Positions 1 to 9,479 of a stretch of 64,000 nucleotides of DNA are shown in pieces. The stretch is from the IMG/VR virus record IMGVR_UViG_3300015050_001523, positions 192,001 to 256,000 of that record. One strand, given 5' to 3'. The stretch's first letter is position 1. Each line of letters opens with the position of its first letter. Position numbers and translations under genes: made by a program. A model generated the notes under the pieces. It searched no databases. It saw only the letters and a program-made list of their open reading frames with translations, and had not been told where the DNA came from. This DNA comes from a virus. Lineage: Duplodnaviria > Caudoviricetes.

Positions 1-1461
1 TGGGGCGATACTTACGACTTCTTCAATGTTACGTTAGGTCTTGCAGAATCTGTAGCTGCTATCGGTACAACCCCAGATGCTCAAAATGATACATCTCAAG
101 GAACAGTTACAGCGTATACTCACATTGTTAATAGCGGAGGAACTGCAAATGCTCCTACCGGTGGATTTCAATCAATTGATTTATCAAATGGTAACGGAGC
201 CCAAGACTACTATTCAGAATGGACATATGGTGCAGATACTTCTGGTGATGGTTTAAAAGGTATGTGGGAATACCTTAAAGACCTTACAGGAAAAGGAACA
301 ACAAAAACCATAGATTCAATAAATGGAGAATTATTTTTAGGAATTACTCACAGCTTTCCTTATGATGGTGAATCTGGTGGGCCTTTTACTGAAAGAGAAA
401 CAATTGTTTGGGGAACTGAAATTCGTTATGACACTCTTGCTAACGGACCATTTACTCCAGGAAATTATGTAACAATTGGTTCAGCTGGCGCTGCTGGCCG
501 AGTGCTTGACGATGATGGAACAGATAAATTAATTGTTGCACTTGATGATATCTCAATTACCCTTCTTGACGAAGACGTGATTACGGAATATTCAGGTCCA
601 GGGGCTGGGGCGACTACTACCACAGCACGAATTGAAACCTCAATCGGTGCAATTTTAGACAATACTAAAAATGGTGGTACAGGATTATTACTTGCCCTTG
701 ATGACAATGGTTCAACCGGTACAATGTATATTCAGCTTCTTACTGGAACAGCACCAGTTGATAACTTACCTATTCTTGGAGGAACTTCAAATGCTGAATG
801 TTTAGTAAATGGTTCTTCAACTGCAAAAACTGTTCCAAAAATATTCTTAGGAAGCTATACAGGTACTCTTATTGGAGCATATGGAATTGGAGTAGCTGTA
901 AGTGACATTACAGAATCTGATTCATTAGAAGATCTTGCAGGAGCAACCCAGATTCCTCCAAATAACGTAACATTTACTGTTACAGGATTGGTTTCTGGGG
1001 AGGATTATGTATTAGTTGGTCCTCAAGCAGCCAGCATTTTAGAAAAAGATTTTGATACACTAAATGGAACACTAACAGATAACGTTACAACATCAGTTGT
1101 TGTTACAACTGCAATACCATCAGACACTCCGGCAGCTGGGACGATCAGAGTACAAGATAACAATGGAGTATATACAAAACAACCATACACTTCTTATACA
1201 GGTTCAACGTATACATTGACTGCTGCCTATCAAGGAAGTGGAAACTCCAATGCTACAACTGGCAATAATTATTTTATTAGCTATATTGATAAGCTTGCAA
1301 CTGCAACTTCAGAGTCATTTACTTCAATCTATTTGGCAAGTAGAGATTTATTTGTTCGTGTTCGTGATGGTGGAGGAACTCCTATTAAAACATTTGAGGC
1401 TCCTGCAACATTAACTTCTAGCGGTGGTTCAATTGCAGTAATTAGAACAACAGATGCATAA
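1..1461 (+). CDS. Virion structural protein (tail fibre/collar-like), 5'-truncated by the window edge
   Basis: Frame 1 is open from base 1 (WGDTYDFFNVTLG...) into the listed 262..1461 ORF. T/G/S-rich, beta-rich composition; directly upstream of a fibre-like gene. Confidence 0.6.
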   Translation, partial: WGDTYDFFNVTLGLAESVAAIGTTPDAQNDTSQGTVTAYTHIVNSGGTANAPTGGFQSIDLSNGNGAQDYYSEWTYGADTSGDGLKGMWEYLKDLTGKGTTKTIDSINGELFLGITHSFPYDGESGGPFTERETIVWGTEIRYDTLANGPFTPGNYVTIGSAGAAGRVLDDDGTDKLIVALDDISITLLDEDVITEYSGPGAGATTTTARIETSIGAILDNTKNGGTGLLLALDDNGSTGTMYIQLLTGTAPVDNLPILGGTSNAECLVNGSSTAKTVPKIFLGSYTGTLIGAYGIGVAVSDITESDSLEDLAGATQIPPNNVTFTVTGLVSGEDYVLVGPQAASILEKDFDTLNGTLTDNVTTSVVVTTAIPSDTPAAGTIRVQDNNGVYTKQPYTSYTGSTYTLTAAYQGSGNSNATTGNNYFISYIDKLATATSESFTSIYLASRDLFVRVRDGGGTPIKTFEAPATLTSSGGSIAVIRTTDA

Positions 1462-1464
1462 TAA

Positions 1465-4400
1465 ATGGCAACGTTCAATATAACAACAGCAGTTAATATA
1501 GACACACTTGCATCAAAAGTTGGGTCTGATACATACAATATTAACGGCGGATATTTAACAGTTGATCAAGATACAAGGTACGGAACAAATCAGAACACTT
1601 CTGCGGCGATGGGAAATATTACACTTAGTGCAACATTAGGTGGAACAATTGAATTTAATGCAGAAGATGTAAGAATTATTCCTTATGATGGCGGAGGCGG
1701 AAACGTTCCAGCGTATAATACAACAATTGCTGGAACAACTACAGGTAGTGGACTATTAATTGGAGTTGTTTCTGCACTTAATGCAACACCAACAGCTGTT
1801 GGTGCCGCGATGCCAGCATCTGGCTTTATTAAGATAAAGCAATGGAATGGAGTTGCTTATACTGACAATGATGCGTTGACTGGGATTACAGCAACAGTTA
1901 ATGGAACAGATAGAGTTGGCTGGCTTGAGATTGTGGCCGTTGATGCCTTATTATCGACTGCCAATAGATTGGGAACTTATAAAGTTCGTGGTGAATGGTT
2001 TGATCTCGGGACAACAAATGGAACAAGGGCAACTACATATCAAATTCCGTCAAATGGATCGATTGTATACCTTCCAGGAGTATGGGTTGAAACTGCTGCT
2101 TCTTCTGGAGTTTATGAGTTTTATCCGTGCGCCGGATCTTTGACTGCAACTGCTGCAAACATCGCAACAGATGAAGTTCGCGGAAGATGGTGCTGGATAT
2201 CAACTGCTGGATTATTACGGTTTGGACATGATGGAGCCAACTCTACAGGAGGATTCATTCCAGAAACAGGAAGAAAGATTCGTATTCCAAATATATTTTT
2301 CTTCTGTTGTACAGCCGCAGCCCTAACAGCAAATGTTTTACCAAATGCCACTTTAGCAACAAGATATGAATTTGCAACAACTGGAGGAGGAGTTTTAGAT
2401 ATCCAAAAAGCTTGCTTTAATTGGTATATGAATTTAAATCAGCCATATTCTGTAGCACTAACAGATGTTGCAATTTTAACAACATTAGTTGTTACAGAAT
2501 GTGCATCTCCAATTACTTGGTCAAATGTCGGGGTTGGACAAGAAGCTGCCGTTTCTACATTTGGTCTATCTATGACAGCTTGTTTCGCGGGTGGTACAAT
2601 GACAGACTGTGTTTGGACTCGTGCAACTTTGGCATCAAGCGGTCATTATGTTGTAACTTTTACAGATATGTTAGATTTCGTTTTTACGAATGAAAGAGTT
2701 CATGCTCTTGGAGGAGCCAGAGGAAATGCATCTACTGGTGTTGCAACATTAACAAGATCTAATAGTTGTTCATGGGTTGGAAGACTAAGAGGAGGAGGAA
2801 AAACACAGATCGTTACATGTTCTGATATTTCATTTACAAATGACACATATTATGACCATCCAGCAACAACAACTCCAGTAACAAACCCTGCTTATGCATA
2901 TGAACTTCTTACTAGCTGTACACGGCTAACAATTGATGGACTTGATTTTGGCGGACTTACTTTATGTCAGCCATATAGCGGCATTTTGTCTGTTGGAGCT
3001 GCTGGTCACTCTGAAATAAATCTTAGAAATCTAGGTTCATATGCCTCTCCATTAGATCTTGGAGGAGCAACACAATCTGATGTTGCCTGGACAAGAGTAA
3101 CGACAACTGCAACTGTCACAAAAGCTGCACACGGGCTAAAAGTTAATGATATTATTTATGTATTTATATCTTCTTCTGTAGCGGCAATTACTGTAGCTGC
3201 AAAAACAGTTGCATCTGTTCCAACTGCTGATACATTTACATTTACTTCTCTAAATGCTGGTTCTGCTTCTGGTACTTTAAGCTATTATCCAACAATGTCT
3301 GCTTTATTATTTACAACGGCATCAGGAAATGCTAATGGAGTCTATATAAAGAGATGTTATACAAAAAAACTTAGAACAAATTTATTTACAACAGATAACG
3401 GAAACAAAAATATAGTAATTGAAAATTGTTATTCAAATAATGAATCAAACCCTGTAACTCCAATGTTGAATGGAGAAATAAAAGGAATTTATGGAACTCC
3501 AACATTTGCAGCTCAAACTTCGTGCTATGGAACTCATTGGATAGATTCTTTTATTTCCGCTATTCCAGCGAATACAGCAGCAGTTGCCTGGACAAGAGCC
3601 ACAACTACAGCAACAATAACATCGGCCGATCATGGCCTTCGTACAGGTGCCCTTATAAATGTTACAGTTTCAAGTTCAGAAGCTGCAATAATCTTAGGGC
3701 AAAAAACTGTAACGGCAGCAACTAAAGACACATTTACGTTTACTTGTTTAAATGCTGGTTCTGCATCTGGAACACTTACTTTTGTTCCATTGGTAAGTAG
3801 AATTGGATTAGTAATGAATGAGGCAACATCAGATACAACTGATGCTTATACAATCGATGCAGGTTCTACCGCATTTACTAGTGCTGGTGGTTTATACATG
3901 CCTGCTGTAGATGATCAAATTACATTTGAACTTCCTTATTATTTGATTGGACATACTGGATTCCCAATTGCAGAAGCTGTAATGGCAGGTGGTACAATCT
4001 CCAACTATAATATCTATTATTCAATAGATAAAAATGATGGAAGTGGATTTAGTTCTTATAAAAACCTGTACTATCAAAGAACAGGCGCTGGCGGCTCTGC
4101 TTCTTCTACAAACGTAACAATGACAAGTACAACAGGTGTTGCTGTTGGAGATTATGTTTGGGGAACAAATATTGCTCCAAATGCAAAAGTAAGCTCGATT
4201 ACAGATGGAACAACAGTTGTTGTAGATATAGCAAATACAGGCGTCGTAAGCGGAACATTAAGATTTAATCAAATGCCAAGCGAATCTTCAATTGATGCAC
4301 AGGTAGGCTTTAAATTAAGAATTCGAGTAATTACGGGAACAGTAAACGCAACAGCGATTACATCATTATATGTAATTTCAACAAGTACAGAAACAAGTCG

Positions 4401-4932
4401 TGCTTATCAATATATTTTGGATCCTGTGACTATTAGAGCGGAAGTTCTTGATGCTAGTACAGGAGATGCTATTTCTGGGGCTCGTGTATATATTGAGGCC
4501 GATACAGGAGGCCCATTACCATATCAGGAAGCCGTAACAATAACTCGTTCTGGTTCAGTTGCAACAGTTACTCACGCATCTCATGGACTTTCTTCCGGCT
4601 CTAAAATAAAAGTTAAAGGAGCAACACAAACTGAATATAATGGAATTTATACAATTTCCGTTATTGATTCTGGTTCTTATAGCTATACAGTAAGTGGTTC
4701 TCCTGCATCGCCAGCAACAGGTTCTCCTATTGTTACAGCAGTAATAATTAATGAAACAACAGATGTAAGTGGAATTGTTTCAGATACTTCTTTTCCTTAT
4801 ATTGGAGACCAGCCAATTGTTGGCCGCGCGCGCAAAGCTGATGCAACCCCACTATATCAAAGCAATATTATTGCAGGAACAATTACAAGTTCTGGTCTTG
4901 ATTCTTTAGTGTTTTTGATTCGAGACGATTGA
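1465..4932 (+). CDS. Large tail fibre/receptor-binding-like protein with three E1-FCCH-like beta repeats
   Basis: 1155 aa, T/S/G/A-rich. Repeats of the form VAWTRxTTTATxTxxxHGL...TFTF. Confidence 0.65.
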   Translation: MATFNITTAVNIDTLASKVGSDTYNINGGYLTVDQDTRYGTNQNTSAAMGNITLSATLGGTIEFNAEDVRIIPYDGGGGNVPAYNTTIAGTTTGSGLLIGVVSALNATPTAVGAAMPASGFIKIKQWNGVAYTDNDALTGITATVNGTDRVGWLEIVAVDALLSTANRLGTYKVRGEWFDLGTTNGTRATTYQIPSNGSIVYLPGVWVETAASSGVYEFYPCAGSLTATAANIATDEVRGRWCWISTAGLLRFGHDGANSTGGFIPETGRKIRIPNIFFFCCTAAALTANVLPNATLATRYEFATTGGGVLDIQKACFNWYMNLNQPYSVALTDVAILTTLVVTECASPITWSNVGVGQEAAVSTFGLSMTACFAGGTMTDCVWTRATLASSGHYVVTFTDMLDFVFTNERVHALGGARGNASTGVATLTRSNSCSWVGRLRGGGKTQIVTCSDISFTNDTYYDHPATTTPVTNPAYAYELLTSCTRLTIDGLDFGGLTLCQPYSGILSVGAAGHSEINLRNLGSYASPLDLGGATQSDVAWTRVTTTATVTKAAHGLKVNDIIYVFISSSVAAITVAAKTVASVPTADTFTFTSLNAGSASGTLSYYPTMSALLFTTASGNANGVYIKRCYTKKLRTNLFTTDNGNKNIVIENCYSNNESNPVTPMLNGEIKGIYGTPTFAAQTSCYGTHWIDSFISAIPANTAAVAWTRATTTATITSADHGLRTGALINVTVSSSEAAIILGQKTVTAATKDTFTFTCLNAGSASGTLTFVPLVSRIGLVMNEATSDTTDAYTIDAGSTAFTSAGGLYMPAVDDQITFELPYYLIGHTGFPIAEAVMAGGTISNYNIYYSIDKNDGSGFSSYKNLYYQRTGAGGSASSTNVTMTSTTGVAVGDYVWGTNIAPNAKVSSITDGTTVVVDIANTGVVSGTLRFNQMPSESSIDAQVGFKLRIRVITGTVNATAITSLYVISTSTETSRAYQYILDPVTIRAEVLDASTGDAISGARVYIEADTGGPLPYQEAVTITRSGSVATVTHASHGLSSGSKIKVKGATQTEYNGIYTISVIDSGSYSYTVSGSPASPATGSPIVTAVIINETTDVSGIVSDTSFPYIGDQPIVGRARKADATPLYQSNIIAGTITSSGLDSLVFLIRDD
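3082..4720 (+). repeat. Three intragenic ~65-aa repeats (about 3082-3285, 3583-3783, 4534-4720)
   Basis: VAWTRVTTTATVTKAAHGL..TFTFTSLNAGSASGTL, VAWTRATTTATITSADHGL..TFTFTCLNAGSASGTL and VTITRSGSVATVTHASHGL. Copies 1 and 2 share the exact DNA gttgcctggacaagag. Confidence 0.85.
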
Positions 4933-4955
4933 TTTTCATAAGGATACTTACTATT

Positions 4956-5477
4956 ATGGATGATATATTTTGGAAGTTAGATGAGACAAATGATATTACA
5001 TTTAAAGTAAGTATAAGCAGTTCAGAACCATTGAATCAAAGTCCAAAAATAAGACTTGTCTGCGAAGGTCCTGAAATGAGTTTTTCATTTCCAGGAAAAT
5101 TTAATGGACTTAATGAAGTTGAAGTAACAATTCCTCCAATGCAAGGAAGAATAATGGAAGGTAAATATCATACAAAATTAGAAACAATTTTAGATGATAA
5201 ATATTTTGTTCCATTGCAATTTGATGCAGTATTTGAAATGTCAACAAAGGTTATGGCAGAAATCGTAACTAAAAAAGATGTCAAAAATAGTCACAATTTA
5301 AATAAAATTGAAGCATCTATAATTGAAACAAAGGAAAATTCTAAAAGAAAAATAATCATAGAGCCAGAAGAAAAACAAAAAATAATTGTTCCAACAAAAA
5401 ATATTGAAAAAACTAGAGAAATCTATGATAGTAAATCTAAAATTAAATCATTAAAAGAAAGATTTAAATCTTTATAG
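4956..5477 (+). CDS. Hypothetical protein (beta-rich N-terminus, Lys/Glu-rich tail)
   Basis: ORF track 4929..5477; in-frame ATG at 4956 preferred. Confidence 0.7.
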   Translation: MDDIFWKLDETNDITFKVSISSSEPLNQSPKIRLVCEGPEMSFSFPGKFNGLNEVEVTIPPMQGRIMEGKYHTKLETILDDKYFVPLQFDAVFEMSTKVMAEIVTKKDVKNSHNLNKIEASIIETKENSKRKIIIEPEEKQKIIVPTKNIEKTREIYDSKSKIKSLKERFKSL

Positions 5478-6309
5478 TAATGATAGATGTATTTATTTCT
5501 ATTTTTTCTTCAATAGAAGAACATTTGGAGTTAGAATTATTAGTCATAATATCATCAATTTGGTGATTTGATATTTCCATTTTTTCATTTATTATAGCTG
5601 CTGTTGTTCTAATTTTATAGAGTATATTTTTTATAGAATATTTAAGAGGAAATACTTTTTCTCCAGCAATCCACCATTCTTTAAATCCATTTGGTTTTTC
5701 AATTGCCGGACCGTCTTCTCTGTGAAGTTTTCCTTCAATCCACCATTCTTTATGTCCATTTCCATTTAGCCCTTCAAATGCAGGGCCGTCTTCTCGATGA
5801 AGTTTTCCATGTATTCTCCATTCTTTGGTTCCATTTGAATATTCAACAGCAGGAAGGTCTCCTTCTCGATGAAGATTTCCATTAAAATAATGGAATTTAC
5901 TTCCTTCAGTATGTTCAATTGCCGGACCGTCTTCTCGATGAAGATTTCCATTTGAAAGACGATATTCAATTCGATTTAAACATTTTCTTTTAATTGGAAT
6001 CATTTTAACTTTTTCATTAAATTCTTCTTTAGATAAAGGTTTGCCATGAATAAAATAAGATTTAAATCCATCTATGTGTTCAATGGCAGGACCATCTTCT
6101 CGGTGATATACTCCATTGACTAAATAAGATTTATCTCCATTTGACCATTCAATGGCAGGAAGATTCAATTCTCGGTGAAGTATTCCATTTATATACCATG
6201 CCTTATATCCATTTTTCCATTCAACAGCAGGGCCGTCTTCTCTGTGAAGATTTCCATTCTGAAGACGATATTTAATCCCAGTCGAATATTCTTTTTTAAT
6301 TGGAATCAT
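5464..6309 (-). CDS. LHREDGPA(I/V)E-repeat (MORN-variant-like) protein, two tandem units fused
   Basis: Seven HRE(D/x)GxPAxE-type repeats. Two halves, each beginning MIPIK. Confidence 0.8.
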   Translation of the reverse strand: MIPIKKEYSTGIKYRLQNGNLHREDGPAVEWKNGYKAWYINGILHRELNLPAIEWSNGDKSYLVNGVYHREDGPAIEHIDGFKSYFIHGKPLSKEEFNEKVKMIPIKRKCLNRIEYRLSNGNLHREDGPAIEHTEGSKFHYFNGNLHREGDLPAVEYSNGTKEWRIHGKLHREDGPAFEGLNGNGHKEWWIEGKLHREDGPAIEKPNGFKEWWIAGEKVFPLKYSIKNILYKIRTTAAIINEKMEISNHQIDDIMTNNSNSKCSSIEEKIEINTSIITIKI

Positions 6310-6365
6310 TTTGACCTTAAAATCTTATAGATAATATTTTCCATTTACAAAATAGAATTTATATT

Positions 6366-6446
6366 CGGAAGGTGGAGGACTCGAACCCCACACTTTTGAT
6401 GTCCCTGGTGTTCAAAACCAGTTTGGCTCCATAGCCGGCACCCTCC
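6366..6446 (-). tRNA. tRNA-Ser(UGA), long variable arm, no encoded CCA
   Basis: Acceptor GGAGGGT/ACCTTCC; anticodon arm CTGGT-TTTGAAC-ACCAG; T loop TTCGAGT; discriminator G. Confidence 0.85.
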
Positions 6447-6451
6447 TTAAT

Positions 6452-6613
6452 TTATTTTAAATTTAGAACATTTTTTATTTTTTGAATATCTTCTCCAAAA
6501 TCTTGTTTCTCAAGTTTTGATATTCTTTTATCTAGATTTTCTAATTTTTCTTCCAAATTTTTTAATTTTCTTTCTAATTGTTCTATATCTTGATCATATT
6601 GTAATATAAACAT
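6452..6613 (-). CDS. 53-aa coiled-coil protein between tRNA genes
   Basis: Read manually (below the ORF-track cutoff): MFILQYDQDIEQLERKLKNLEEKLENLDKRISKLEKQDFGEDIQKIKNVLNLK*; heptad Leu/Ile pattern. Confidence 0.55.
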   Translation of the reverse strand: MFILQYDQDIEQLERKLKNLEEKLENLDKRISKLEKQDFGEDIQKIKNVLNLK

Positions 6614-6617
6614 ACTT

Positions 6618-6691
6618 TGAGCCAACAAGGATTTGAACCTTGAACCTAGAAATTAAGAGTTTCTTGCTCTACCATGTTGAGCTATTGGCCC
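6618..6691 (-). tRNA. tRNA-Lys(CUU), no encoded CCA
   Basis: GGGCCAA-TA-GCTC-AACATGGTA-GAGC-A-AGAAA-CTCTTAA-TTTCT-AGGTT-CAAGG-TTCAAAT-CCTTG-TTGGCTC-A. Confidence 0.93.
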
Positions 6692-6703
6692 TTTTTACTT
6701 GAA

Positions 6704-6776
6704 TGAACCCAGTAAGACTTGAACTTACAACCTTGAGATTAAAAGCCTCTTGCTCTACCAATTGAGCTATGGGTCC
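6704..6776 (-). tRNA. tRNA-Lys(UUU), no encoded CCA
   Basis: GGACCCA-TA-GCTC-AATTGGTA-GAGC-A-AGAGG-CTTTTAA-TCTCA-AGGTT-GTAAG-TTCAAGT-CTTAC-TGGGTTC-A. Confidence 0.92.
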
Positions 6777-6886
6777 TAAGTCATCTGATATTTATTTTAT
6801 CAAAGGAACAAAAATAAATATCAAAAATCCTTATAAGGATTTCTTTGATAAGATTTTTTGTTTCGACTTTAACATTGAAATAATAA

Positions 6887-7174
6887 CTATTTCCTTATCA
6901 TCCATTTTACTATATCCAATGGCCTTCTGTCAACATGTTTTTTCACATAAATTTTATCAAGAAAATCAATTTCAAATTTTCCATCTTTTATATGGACATT
7001 TATATTGATTTTATAAGTCTTAAATAAGTCTTCACATAAAGCCTTAAATAAAGCACAAACTTCAGGTGTCCATGTCCTTTCTCTAAATGCCAAAAGCAAC
7101 TTTTCAAAATTTAATTTAAAAGAAGAATTACTTTCTAGCAAAGTTTTTAGTTGTTCATTTTCACATACAATCAA
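6887..7174 (-). CDS. Hypothetical protein
   Basis: 95-aa ORF, overlapping/coupled within the minus-strand operon. Confidence 0.65.
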   Translation of the reverse strand: MIVCENEQLKTLLESNSSFKLNFEKLLLAFRERTWTPEVCALFKALCEDLFKTYKININVHIKDGKFEIDFLDKIYVKKHVDRRPLDIVKWMIRK

Positions 7175-7371
7175 TAGAATTCATCCTTTGTTGTTTTTCT
7201 TTTTCTTTTTAGATTTTCATAATCTTTTAAATGAGGAAGGCATATAAATTCTAATTCTTCCTGATCGTTATTATGAAGTTTTCCACCATTTTCAATAGTT
7301 ATATTGATTTTTTCAAATGTTTTTTTTTGACAAATAAAACATTTCCCTTCAATTAAGTTTTCTTCAGTCAT
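7171..7371 (-). CDS. Small putative zinc-binding protein
   Basis: CFIC ... CLPH motif. Confidence 0.55.
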   Translation of the reverse strand: MTEENLIEGKCFICQKKTFEKINITIENGGKLHNNDQEELEFICLPHLKDYENLKRKRKTTKDEFY

Positions 7372-7755
7372 TTATTTGGCATCCAAAATTTCACCAGAAA
7401 TTGTATTTAGGTTAGGAACTATTTTAAGATGAACAACATTATTTTTTGGTTTAATGAATGAGAATTCCATATCTCCAGGATATGGATATTCAGAGCCGCC
7501 ACAATCATTTTTTCCTAATTCCCAATCAGATGTTATATTAAATGTCCTTACAGATTCTCCATTATTTAATAAATTTGAAGAAAAAGAAAATCCAATATTG
7601 TCTGGTACATCATCAAAAAAATGTTCTGGGATGTCTACATCTTTATTTATTGACTTTGAATGCCGAACAAGTCCAACAATAAGTCTTTTCAAGTGCTTAC
7701 AATAACTTTCTTCACATAGTCTGTTTTCTTCAATATAGATTTTGTCTTTAGGCAT
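7372..7755 (-). CDS. Hypothetical protein
   Basis: ORF track 7372..7809; ATG at 7755 (MPKDK) avoids overlap with the upstream gene. Confidence 0.65.
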   Translation of the reverse strand: MPKDKIYIEENRLCEESYCKHLKRLIVGLVRHSKSINKDVDIPEHFFDDVPDNIGFSFSSNLLNNGESVRTFNITSDWELGKNDCGGSEYPYPGDMEFSFIKPKNNVVHLKIVPNLNTISGEILDAK

Positions 7756-7760
7756 AAAAT

Positions 7761-8639
7761 TTAGGCGTTTGCTGTTGCTGTTCCTAGTTGCGCATTCGTA
7801 GTTAACCAACTGCGTTCTGTAGCTTCCTGATAGTCTGGTGGTTCTGGCAGTTCATCATTCTCAGGACGGTATAAGTAACGTACCCAGCCCCCAATCTCAT
7901 AGCGGTGTTGCATATGTATAATCGTTTTTTTCTTCTTCTGGATTTCAGTGATTATTGCTTCGTGTGCGACAATTCTTAAATAACCCCAACGTTCAACAAG
8001 TCTTTCAACGATCTCGGAGATTAAATATACATTTCGTTCAATTTTGCCAAGAAATTCACGTCGTGGAAGTTCAGCGAGAACTATATGAGCCGCCTCAATA
8101 ATATCGATTTTTCGATGGGTTGCAGGTTCTAGATAATGAAGTTCTGATTGAGGAATTCTCTCAGTGATTGGGATTCGCATTTTTTGCGAATCCCAATTTT
8201 GGGTTTCCGTATCAGGTTTTCCACCATAAACTTCTGCTAATTCTCCATTAGGTGTTAAAATGCCTGCATCAATAAATGTTTGTTTTGCCTCTATTGGGGT
8301 AAGGCCCTCTATCCTTTTAATTGTTTCAGCTCGTCCTGGTAATAGATCATTAGCTAAAAAATCAATCTTGCATGCTCGACAGTTATCATCATTGACTTTG
8401 TGTGTTTTTGTTCTACAATTTGGCTTTTCACAATTGCTATTATTATCATTTTTTAATGGGCCATATTGAAATCCTCTTCCTTTTTTTCTTAATAAAATTC
8501 TTTTTTCTTCAACAAGCTTTCTAAGAGAAGACTCAATTTCTTCAAGAGCCCAATCTGTATGTTCTGCAATTCTTTTAGAAGAACTCCATCCAAGATATTC
8601 AATTCCTTTTATAAGGCTTTCTAAAAATGCTTCAACCAT
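7761..8639 (-). CDS. Hypothetical protein with N-terminal winged-HTH-like segment; compositionally chimeric
   Basis: SSKRIAEHTDWALEEIESSLRKLVEEKRILLRKKGRGFQY resembles a wHTH. The 3' half is much more GC-rich. Confidence 0.6.
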   Translation of the reverse strand: MVEAFLESLIKGIEYLGWSSSKRIAEHTDWALEEIESSLRKLVEEKRILLRKKGRGFQYGPLKNDNNSNCEKPNCRTKTHKVNDDNCRACKIDFLANDLLPGRAETIKRIEGLTPIEAKQTFIDAGILTPNGELAEVYGGKPDTETQNWDSQKMRIPITERIPQSELHYLEPATHRKIDIIEAAHIVLAELPRREFLGKIERNVYLISEIVERLVERWGYLRIVAHEAIITEIQKKKKTIIHMQHRYEIGGWVRYLYRPENDELPEPPDYQEATERSWLTTNAQLGTATANA

Positions 8640-8659
8640 TTTTCCTTCTTTCTAATAAG

Positions 8660-8689
8660 AATATAGCACTTATTTTTAGTCTTTGTCAA
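8660..8689 (-). promoter_or_regulatory. sigma70-type promoter TTGACA-N18-TATATT with extended -10 TG
   Basis: Minus strand reads ttgacaaagactaaaaataagtgctatatt, followed by SD-like gaaggaa before the ATG at 8639. Confidence 0.8.
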
Positions 8690-8693
8690 TAAC

Positions 8694-9194
8694 TTAATTG
8701 ACTTGTAAGTTTGGCTCTGACTCTTTTAGTTCTTTGATTACAGGATCGAATATTTTATCTATTTTTTCATGACTAAACCCATTTGGAATCCAAATAGAAG
8801 ATTTTCCATCTTTCAATAATGCAACTGAAGTCATTGTTATTGCTTCTCCATTTCTAAATCTAGCAATAAGATCATGAAGAAATCCAATACATTTTACAAC
8901 ATTATTGGCATTTTTTGGAACATCGGATAAAGAATAAGATTCTAAAGTTATGTCAGAAACTGTAAAAGGTTTCTTTTTTGATGATTCTTCTTCAATAATT
9001 TCAAAATCTTTAACTTCTTCAAACATTACCATTTTAAATAATTCATTTTTAGGAGACTCAGATTTGTTTAAAATTTCTAGAAGGTTTGATGCATTTTTCT
9101 CTGTAAACATTCCAAGGCTAAAATTTTCTAAGTCACCATCATCTACAAGTTCTAATACTTTTTGAAAAAGTTTATTTCTTGAATTTTTTTCCAT
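8694..9194 (-). CDS. Hypothetical protein
   Basis: 166-aa ORF; extended -10 TGGTATAGT just upstream. Confidence 0.7.
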   Translation of the reverse strand: MEKNSRNKLFQKVLELVDDGDLENFSLGMFTEKNASNLLEILNKSESPKNELFKMVMFEEVKDFEIIEEESSKKKPFTVSDITLESYSLSDVPKNANNVVKCIGFLHDLIARFRNGEAITMTSVALLKDGKSSIWIPNGFSHEKIDKIFDPVIKELKESEPNLQVN

Positions 9195-9245
9195 ATAATT
9201 TAACTATACCAAATTAATTGGCAATATTTGGACAACAAATATAAA

Positions 9246-9479
9246 TTATTTTTTAATTTTTAAATGACTTATATTTGGTACTTTTTTATTATTTTTTGAT
9301 GCAATGATAGAAATCATCATATCTCTTGATGATTGAGTTAGTTCTTTTGTAGTCATTAAATCTGATTTTTCAGAAAATGAAAAATCATGATTTTCTAATA
9401 AATCTTCTAAATTAAATATTGTTTCTTCTAGGGACAAAATAATAGCTGCAAATTTATCATCAATGTCTTGAGGTTGCAT
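9246..9479 (-). CDS. Hypothetical protein
   Basis: 77-aa ORF in operon. Confidence 0.6.
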   Translation of the reverse strand: MQPQDIDDKFAAIILSLEETIFNLEDLLENHDFSFSEKSDLMTTKELTQSSRDMMISIIASKNNKKVPNISHLKIKK

